A program made the translations under genes and the position numbers. From the NCBI GenBank assembly GCA_002269645.1, contig NIVC01001401.1, forward strand, positions 138,761 to 202,760: a stretch of 64,000 nt of DNA, written 5' to 3'. Below, piece after piece: positions 49,960 to 64,000 of this stretch. Origin of the DNA: Macrostomum lignano (taxonomy: Eukaryota). The first letter of the stretch is position 1; every line of letters begins with the position of its first letter. Under the pieces are notes generated by a model that searched no databases, had not been told where the DNA came from, and saw nothing but the letters and a program-made list of their open reading frames with translations.

Positions 49960-50540
49960 TTACTCGCCCTCTCACTCTCTCACACTCTCACTCTCTCTCC
50001 CCCTCTCTCTCCCTCTCACTCCCCCTCTCACTATTACTCTCTATCTACCTCTCACTCTCCCTCCTACTCTCACTCTCCCACTCACTCTCCCCCTTCTCTC
50101 TCTCCCTTTCACTCTCCCTTCCACTGAATCTCCCCCACTCTCCCTCTCATTATCCCTCTCCATCTTCCTCTCACTCTCCTTCTCCTTCTCACTCTCCCTC
50201 CCACTAACTCTCTCCCTCTCTCTCTCCTTCTCCCTCTCCCTCTTCCTTTCACTATCCCTCTCCATCTTCCTCTCACTCTCCTTCTCCTTCTCACTCTCCC
50301 TCCCACTAACTCTCTCCCTCTCTCTCCTTCTCCCTCTCCCTCTTCCTTTCACTATCCCTCTCCATCTTTCCCTCACTCTCCCTCTCACTCCCATTCTCTC
50401 TCATTCTCCCTCTCCTTCTCACTCTCCCTCTCACTCTTCTTCCTCTCACTCTCCCTCTCACTCTCCCTCTCCATCTCCATCTCACTCTCCCTTTCTCTCA
50501 TCCTATTCTCTATCTTCGTCTCCCTCCCTCCCCCTCTCCT
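49960..50540. repeat. Polypyrimidine/polypurine (CT-rich) low-complexity tract with internal duplication
   Basis: Almost G-free on the + strand. Confidence 0.9.
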
Positions 50541-50949
50541 CTCCTGCTTCATTTCGACAAACAGAAATTGGGTCAGTCTTGAAAATTGCAACAACTCGCT
50601 TTAACGATTCATAAAAACTGCTAAAGAGCCGGCAGTAGGCGAAGGTGCATGCACTTACTACTATTTCACCCACTCATTTTGTGTAGACTAAAGTAAGCAA
50701 ATTCTCCGTCTATGAGGCAATTCAGAACCCTCCGCCATCAATCAGCAGTTCTCATTCGCTCAGCCCGCAAGCAGTTGGCCGCCCTCGCCCACCTTGGGCG
50801 GCTCTCATTGGCTGGCGTTTTTTCAGTCAGTCAGAATCTTTGCTCGGTTTTTTAACTCGCGCGATATCAAGCCAACACCTGGGAGTCCCCCGATTGAGTC
50901 GTCTGTTAAAATTTGCTTTGCCAGCACTTGCTTAGCGAGAAAAGCCACA

Positions 50950-55949
<5,000 letters not shown>

Positions 55950-56117
55950 CATTCTGAGAGCGTTCTCTGTCCTGTGAAAACATCTCAAGAGAGCGGCTAC
56001 GAGCGCTTCTTACGAAGCTTATATTCGAAAAATCTTTGTCAGACTTCAACGTGGCCCTTTAAGTGAGGCGACTTCATAAAGCTTTATTGACAATAGTAGA
56101 GGGTAAGGGTTACTGTC

Positions 56118-56385
56118 GTCTATGGTAAAGCCTCACCAAAAGTACATGTACAGGCTACAGCTGCGTCTATGGTAAAGCCTCACCAGAAGTACAGGCTACA
56201 GCTGCGTCTATGGTAAAGCCTCACCAAAAGTACAGGCTATAGCTGTGTCTATGGTAAAGCCTCACCAAAAGTACAGGCTATAGCTGTGTCTATGGTAAAG
56301 CCTCACCAAAAGTACAGGCTACAGCTGCGTCTATGGTAAAGCCTCACCAAAAGTACAGGCTACAGCTGCGTCTATGGTAAAGCCC
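56118..56385. repeat. 41-bp minisatellite (CTGCGTCTATGGTAAAGCCTCACCAAAAGTACAGGCTACAG)n
   Basis: About 6 copies. Confidence 0.93.
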
Positions 56386-57279
56386 TCATTAAAAAGAGAA
56401 TAGGAGCTGGTCTGGTCTAATTCCAACTGTTGCAATAAAAATTATAACAATTAATTGTTGTTTTTACAATTCAATTTTCAAAGAAATATCAAATTTTGAA
56501 CATTTTTCATTGTCGCTTTAGGCACTCTTGTCCAAATATCCAGATCCTGTTTGTTAAATAGCTACTGTACTTGGATAAAAATGTCACACTGCACTTTTTT
56601 TTGCGAAAAAAAGAATAAAAATTAAAGTTTGCAAATGCCCCTATGCTATTGATGTCAGTGAAATGGTAGGTAGTGCTAGTGACATGTAGGTGTTGTTTGC
56701 AGTTAGTCATTACGATTTTATTGATTACAAAAGCGTTATTTATCATGCCTCACTGAATTAAGCTTCACTGATTGCAAATAAAAATGGCATAATACACAGG
56801 TGCGTCATTCGTTCATTGTTGCTTAACCCGCGTCCAAACTATAAAAGCTAATTAATTGGTATTGCTGTCACTCGAGCTTCTCTCTTTTTGAGCAAATATT
56901 TAAGCTCCATTTTCAGCTACAAATTAACATTAGCAATACCAAGCCAATTTCATCAGCACGCCGACCACGTGTCTGCAGCAAATCGGACGCGAACTTCGGA
57001 CTTCGACTATGGACACTCTGCTTCAAATTTCTATGAGGTCTCTGAGCTGTCTCTGAGCTAAGGGGTGTATTGAATGCACTGGCGCTTAAAAGGGAAATCC
57101 GACCTTCTGGAAGATTTAATATCTCGACAATCCGGAGGGATGGCAACTTGATTCTTGTTTGAAAAGGTGCGCAACAAAAAGTTTACCCGCGTTCTTGAAG
57201 TTCGTGTGCCTGCGTTGCTACGTTACGGCGCAGCAAAACATGTTAGGGATGTGATTTCACCCCGGTAGTTCAACTGTTA

Positions 57280-57635
57280 AGCTACCAATTAAGCTACCAT
57301 TTTAACTACCATTCGAGCTTCCATTTTAACAACCATTCGAGCTACCATTTTAACAACCATTCGAGCTACCATTTTAACAACCATTCGAGCTACCATTTTA
57401 ACAACCATTCGAGCTACCATTTTAACTACCATTCGAGCTACCATTTTAACAACCATTCGAGCTACCATTTTAACAACCATTCGAGCTACCATTTAAACTA
57501 CCATTCGAGCTACCATTTTAAGTACCATTCGAGCTACCATTTTAACTACCATTCGAGGTACCATTTAAGCTACCATTCAAGCTACCAATTAAGCTACCAG
57601 TTAAGCTACTGCTTAAGCTACCATTCGAGCTACCA
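57280..57635. repeat. 24-bp (2x12) minisatellite (GCTACCATTTTAACAACCATTCGA)n
   Basis: Tandem copies. Confidence 0.92.
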
Positions 57636-58164
57636 TTCTTGCTACAATATAAGCTAAGCACTACAAGGAAAGCATACCCGTACGCTACAAAAAGTACATG
57701 AACAGTTTCTGAGAACGCGGCAACACTCGAGTTAGGATAAAACTCCAAACGGCCAACCAAGCGGAGCACAGTGTATTGTAAATACGCCGTACAGGTGTAT
57801 TATTAATATTTCACAAATGAATAAACAAAATAACACGAAATAATTTGCCATTAGCGCGGCAGTGCAGATTGCAAATCAAAATATTTTAACTGCTCTTAGG
57901 GCAGACATGCATCGAATCGTAATGAAAGCCATTGCGTTTGTTGATACGCCAAGGTTTAAGCAGGAGATCAGTTTGCGTTTCGGGTGCAAGGCACCTGCGC
58001 CTAGCAACTACTTGTCTCTCACACCAATATTAACTATCTGATCTTCACTGGGATACCTGTAAATCTATCTGCATATTTTTATTGAAAATTTACAGATCTC
58101 CACACAATTACCGTTTCGTTCAATTCAAGTATTCACCAACTGTAACACATCCATACCAAAAAAT

Positions 58165-58890
58165 CTATGGACAATACCCCAGCTGATCTACAGACAATAT
58201 CCCAGCTGATCTGCAGACAATATCCCAGCTGATCTAGACAATACTCAATCTGATCTAGACAATACCCAATCTGATCTGCAGACAATATCCCATCTGATCT
58301 GCAGACAATACCACAGCTGATCTGCAGACAATACCCCAGCTGATCTGCAGACAATACCACATCTGATCTGCAGACAATATCCCAGCTGATTTGCAGATAA
58401 TACCCTAGCTTATCTACAGACAATATTCAAACAGATATACAGACAATATTCAAACAGATATACAGACAATATCTAAACAGATATACAGACAATATCCAAA
58501 CAGATATACAGAAAATATCTCAGCTAATCTACGCGCTAGTACAAACATATCCCAGCTGATCTACAAACATATCCCAGCTGATCTACAAACATATCCCAGC
58601 TGATCTACAAACATATCCCAGTTGATCTACAAACATATCCCAGCTGATCTACAAACATATCCCAGCTGATCTACAAACATATCCCAGTTGATCTACAAAC
58701 ATATCCCAGCTGATCTACAAACATATCCCAGCTGATCTACAAACATATCCCAGCTGATCTACAAACATATCCCAGCTGATCTACAAACATATCCCAGCTG
58801 ATCTACAAACATATCCCAGCTGATCTACAAACATATCCCAGCTGATCTACAAACATATCCCAGCTGATCTACAAACATATCCCAGCTGAT
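58165..58890. repeat. 22-bp minisatellite family (ATCCCAGCTGATCTACAAACAT / ...CTGCAGACAAT)n
   Basis: Two related sub-arrays. Confidence 0.92.
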
Positions 58891-59469
58891 ATTCCCTAAA
58901 ACTATTGTAATGTTAACAGGCAGTATCGCTCCAAAAAATCTCAATATTCTCAAGAATCTACACATCATATTCATACAACGAATTCACAATAAAAACGCTT
59001 ACAGAAACAAATTAGCAAGCACATCACGGCAAGGCAAAACGCGATTTAAGCGGGCGGTCATGCAGAGAAGCTAATAATGTAATATAAAATATAATCTTTT
59101 TAAAAAAGCCAAGAGACAGCAAAGCAATTACAGAAAAAATCGACTGTAAGAAGTCCAGCGAAAATGTTATCATTTAGTGCGCGCATAAGAGAAAGAGAGA
59201 ACAATTATGAAATATAGACAGAGATCATCTCAGCGTAAGATTAAGGATCAAATTAATATATTAATAGATAATCTCGACAGAGTAAATATCTCAAATAGCA
59301 ACAATTTATATTATAGATGAAGCTAGCATATTACTCTTATAAATATTTGAAAATGGCCACGGTATAAGCAGGCGAAAGATATGAATACGAGCTTTTAATA
59401 TGAGCGCTGTTTACTGCTAATCTAAAATAAGGTGGCCTACGGTAGCAAATATAGAATTATTTTTAAGTG

Positions 59470-60200
59470 GAATCACCTAGAGGGGAGTTCACCGAGAAAA
59501 AAGTTCACCTAGAGGGGAGTTCACCTAGAAAGAAGTTCACCTAGAGGGGGTTCACATAGAAAGAAGTTCACGTAGAGGGGAGTTCACCTAGAAAGAAGTT
59601 CACCTAGAGGGGGTTCACATAGAAAGAAGTTCACCTAGAGGGGAGTTCCCCTAGAAAGAAGTTCACCTAGAGGGGAGTTCACCTAGAAAGAAATTCACCT
59701 AGAGGGGAGTTCACCTAGAAAGAAGTTCACCTAGAGGGTAGTTCACACAGAAAGAAGTTCACCTAGAGGGGGTTCACATAGAAAGAAGTTCACCTATTGG
59801 GGGTTCACATAGAAAGAAGTTCACCTAGAGGGGGTTCACATAGAAAGAAGTTCACCTAGAGGGGAGTTCCCCTAGAAAGAAGTTCACCTAGAGGGGAGTT
59901 CACCTAGAAAGAAGTTCACCTAGAGGGGGTTCACATAGAAAGAAGTTCACCTAGAGGGGAGTTCCCCTAGAAAGACGTTCACCTAGAGGGGAGTTCCCCT
60001 AGAAAGACGTTCACCTAGAGGGGAGTTCACCTAGAAATAAGTTCACCTAGAGGGGGTTCACATAGAAAGAAGTTCACCTAGAGGGGATTCACATAGAAAA
60101 AAGTTCACCTAGAGGGTTCACCTAGAAAGAAGTTCACCTAGAGGGGTTCACCTAGAAAGTTCACTTAAAGGGGAGTTCACCCATAGGGGAGTTCACCTTA
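59470..60200. repeat. 32-bp (2x16) minisatellite (GTTCACCTAGAGGGGAGTTCACCTAGAAAGAA)n
   Basis: About 22 copies. Confidence 0.94.
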
Positions 60201-60709
60201 ACTATTAGTAGCAATTAGCAGATAAAAAATCTTCAATAGAAATTTCTCCAATAAAAGAAGGAAGCATAAAACTACAAAACAATTTCAATTGTCAACTAAA
60301 AAAACAGAGAACAATTCCGAATCGCTATGAATTTTAGCAATTTCTATATTATATAAATATCAGAGTTTTATAACGCGACGCAGGCAACCAATGCAGTCAG
60401 ATATTCAATATATACTACTGAAATAACAGCTACTGGTAGCGATATTATGCAACTGAAAAACAGCAGTAAAAAATTAATAATAAAATAATAACTTCTCAAG
60501 TAAAGCTGTGTGTACTTTGATTTTTAAAAACAGACAATCGCCACTATGTGGAGCGCACAAAACAGTAATCATATAATCACGCATATAAACTTTTAAGGAC
60601 GTCAGCTAAAAAAGCAAGTAGATGAAGAGATTAACATTTTTGGGAGACTGATAGAATGAACTGCTGTGAGTAATTTACAGCTCTAGGATTTTTACTCTAG
60701 ACAGCGCTA

Positions 60710-61215
60710 ACATCCTTAATTGGGGAGATTTCTGAGCATCCTCAATTGGGGAGATTTCTGAACATCCTTAATTGGGGAGATTCCTGAACATCCTTAATTG
60801 GGGAGATTTCTGAACATCCTCAATTGGGGAGATTTCTGAGCATCCTCAATTGGGGAGATTTCTGAATATCCTCAATTGGGGAGATTTCTGAACACCCTCA
60901 ATTGGGGAGATTTCTGAGCATCCTCAATTGGGGAGATTTCTGAGCATCCTCAATTGGGGAGATTTCTGAATATCCTCAATTGGGGAGATTTCTGAACACC
61001 CTCAATTGGGGAGATTTTTGAGCATCCTCAATTGGGGAGATTTCTGAACACCCTCAATTGGGGAGATTTCTGAACATCCTCAATTGGGGAGATTTCTGAG
61101 CATCCTCAATTGGGGAGATTTCTGAATATCCTCAATTGGGGAGATTTCTGAACACCCTCAATTGGGGAGATTTTTGAGCATCCTCAATTGGGGAGATTTC
61201 TGAATATCCTCAAAT
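60710..61215. repeat. 26-bp minisatellite (AATTGGGGAGATTTCTGAACATCCTC)n
   Basis: About 19 copies. Confidence 0.94.
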
Positions 61216-61292
61216 GCGGGATTTCTAAGCACCTAAAATCCTGCAAAATAACAAATCCCCCAAAAACGGCATATGGGATTTTTTAGGATTTT

Positions 61293-61661
61293 TCACGCCA
61301 AGCCGGCCTTATGCCTAGCCAACAGGCCTGTCAGCTGTTCGCTAGTCTCGTTGCCGCCAAAGTCCAACTCCCGACTGATGGAATCCTCATCGGCGCCCAA
61401 AGAGCGCACTAATCCGACCGTGCCGCCGGCTCCGCCGTTTGCGACGCCGCCAACGACTGTAGCGGCTGCTCGCTGCTGCGAGACGCGCTCCGATTGAGCC
61501 GCCATTGAAGGCGTCTGCATCTGCCAGGTGGCCTCCAGCAGCGACGGACGCCGGGTGGTCATTCTGACGCCTGCCGGCGCAGTGGCGGCAGGGACAGCGG
61601 CGGTGGCGGTGGAAGAGTGAGGCGGATGTCTGTGGGTCGATGCGCGTTTTCTGGCGCCCAC
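61293..61661 (-). CDS. Probable exon of an unidentified minus-strand gene extending beyond the window (reading frame uncertain)
   Basis: GC-rich island between two arrays, preceded on the minus strand by CCCCTAGCAG|G. All three frames are open for some distance (VGARKRAS...RELDFGG...KAGLA*, or WAPENAHRPTDIRLTLPPPPP...ASE*). No recognisable domain. Confidence 0.35.
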   Translation of the reverse strand: MGARKRASTHRHPPHSSTATAAVPAATAPAGVRMTTRRPSLLEATWQMQTPSMAAQSERVSQQRAAATVVGGVANGGAGGTVGLVRSLGADEDSISRELDFGGNETSEQLTGLLARHKAGLA

Positions 61662-61715
61662 CTGCTAGGGGATGCAGGTGGTTGAAGTTCAAGGTGAGTG
61701 GCGCGTAGGTGCACG

Positions 61716-63170
61716 TCAAATTGGAACTCCAACATCCTGAGATTGGAACTCCAACATCCTGAGATTGGAACTCCAACATCCTTAGATTGGAATCCAACAT
61801 CCTCAGATTGGAACTCCAACATCCTTAGATTGGAACTGCAACATCCTCAGATTGGAACTCCAACATCCTCAGATTGGAATCCAACATCCTTAGATTGGAA
61901 CTCCAACATCTTCAGATGGGAACTCCAATCCAACATCTTCAGATTGGAACTCCAACATCTTCAGATGGGAACTCCAATCCAACATCTTCAGATTGGAATC
62001 CAACATCCTCAGATTGGAATCCAACATCCTTAGATTGGAACTGCAACATCCTCAGATTGGAACTCCAACATCCTCAGATTGGAATCCAACATCCTTAGAT
62101 TGGAACTCCAACATCTTCAGATGGGAACTCCAATCCAACATCTTCAGATTGGAACTCCAACATCTTCAGATGGGAACTCCAATCCAACATCTTCAGATTG
62201 GAATCCAAAATCCTCAGATTGGAACTCAAATATTCTCAGATTGGAATCCAACATCCTCAGATTGGAATCCAACATCCTCAGATTGGAATCCAACATCTTC
62301 AGATGGGAACTCCAACATCCTCAGATGGGAACTCCAATCCAACATCTTCAGATGGGAACTCCAACATCCTCAGATGGGAACTCCAATCCAACATCTTCAG
62401 TTTGGAATCCAACATCCTTAGATTGGAACTCCAACATCTTCAGATGGGAACTCCAATCCAACATCTTCAGATTGGAATCCAACATCCTTAGATTGAACTC
62501 CAACATCTTCAGATGGGAACTCCAATCCAACATCTTCAGATTGGAATCCAACATCCTCAGATTGGAATCCAACATCTTCAGATTGGAATCCAACATCCTC
62601 AGATTGGAATCCAACATCTTCAGATTGGAATCCAACATCTTCAGATTGGAATCCAACATCCTCAGATTGGAATCCAACATCCTCAGATTGGAATCCAACA
62701 TCTTCAGATTGGAATCCAACATCCTCAGATTGGAATCCAACATCCTCAGATTGGAATCCAACATCCTCAGATTGGAATCCAACATCTTCAGATTGGAATC
62801 CAACATCCTCAGATTGGAATCCAACATCCTCAGATTGGAATCCAACATCCTCAGATTGGAATCCAACATCCTCAGATTGGAATCCAACATCTTTAGATTG
62901 GAATCCAACATCCTCAGATTGGAATCCAACATCCTCAGATTGGAATCCAACATCCTCAGATTGGAATCCAACATCCTCAGATTGGAATCCAACATCTTTA
63001 GATTGGAATCCAACATCCTCAGATTGGAATCCAACATCCTCAGATTGGAATCCAACATCCTCAGATTGGAACTCCAACATCCTCAGATTGGAATCCAACA
63101 TCCTCAGATTGGAACTCCAACATCCTCAGATTGGAATCCAACATCCTCAGATTGGAACTCCAACATCCTC
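61716..63170. repeat. 21-bp minisatellite (GATTGGAATCCAACATCCTCA)n with longer variants
   Basis: About 65 copies; source of many spurious ORFs. Confidence 0.96.
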
Positions 63171-63719
63171 TAGGATACAGTGCGTCAAATAATGGTCTAC
63201 TATAGACAATATCTAAACCTGCATAGTACACTAGCTTGACATCCTAGGTTCAAATTTGTAAACGCCGATGATAATAAATGAGCAGAGAAAAAGGCAAACA
63301 GAAAGTTGAAGCCATGCTCAGTGCAGGAATTATTTTTAGCTTTTATGACAGCCGACTCAGTGAGTGCTAAATACTCGAAACACTTTAAATTCCTACACAA
63401 CACTCTACTATGAGTAGAAAAGCACGAGTAGGCAAGGATGTATAAATATTAATGGCAAAAATGCTGAGACCATAGCTCTTACTGAAACCAGTTAGTATAA
63501 AAATGGGTGATCGCATTTCTCAATTGTTCAGCTGGTCAGGCTGGTCAGTATGTGAGGTTAGACAGGGTTATAATTAATTTATTCACCTGGGGAAGAATAC
63601 CATTCTTTTATGTACCGATGCTAATCGTGGATTTACATTCCCTCTTGTTAAATGTTAGTAAATTGAAAAAGATGCAAAACACCCCTTTATTTATACTCTA
63701 GACAGCACTGCTCTCGGTT

Positions 63720-64000
63720 CTGTCACTCCCGCCCCTAGATACTTCCCTCCCACCTTCCGTAGATACTGTCTGTCACTCCTGCCCCTAGATACTTCCCTCC
63801 CACCTTCCGTAGATACTGTCTGTCACTCCTGCCCCTAGATACTTCCCTCCCACCTTCCGTAGATACTGTCTGTCACTCCTGCCCCTAGATACTTCCCTCC
63901 CACCTTCCCTAGATACTGTCCGTCACTCTCGCCTCCCCTTTGATACGGTCAGTCCCCGCCACCCCTAGATACAGTCACTCCCCGCCACCCCTTTGATACG
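63720..64000. repeat. 50-bp minisatellite (TGTCACTCCTGCCCCTAGATACTTCCCTCCCACCTTCCGTAGATACTGTC)n
   Basis: About 4 regular copies plus a degenerate end, truncated by the window edge. Confidence 0.9.

Noticed and set aside
62079-63173. 364-aa (RLESNIL)n and related ORFs resembling pentapeptide/LRR proteins
   Set aside because: 21-bp tandem repeat open in several frames on both strands

Overview
Eukaryotic (animal) genomic DNA. It has GC-rich, polyQ/polyA/polyH-laden exons, canonical GT-AG introns, and about 40 mutually unrelated tandem-repeat arrays covering roughly 40% of the window (hand estimate). This style suggests a free-living flatworm such as Macrostomum lignano (inference only). Five spliced protein-coding genes could be rebuilt by hand with consistent intron phases: (1) the 3' half of a COE/collier/EBF transcription factor (+, 1-2764); (2) a two-pore-domain K+ channel of about 991 aa with a very large extracellular M1-P1 loop (+, 16011-26750); (3) ceramide kinase, 521 aa (-, 31708-36765); (4) an LMTK/AATK-like single-pass tyrosine kinase with pseudokinase substitutions and a 1-bp frameshift (+, 38566-45803); (5) a Dmrt gene with two DM domains, 517 aa (+, 50950-55949). 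The most unusual observation is an 89/90-bp unit made of a COE splice acceptor plus the start of the HLH exon. It is tandemly duplicated in place, giving three acceptors, one of which duplicates HLH helix 1 in frame. It also occurs as a 7-copy array 15 kb away inside intron 1 of the K+ channel, in matching splice phase. Most long ORFs in the supplied track are artefacts of the tandem repeats.
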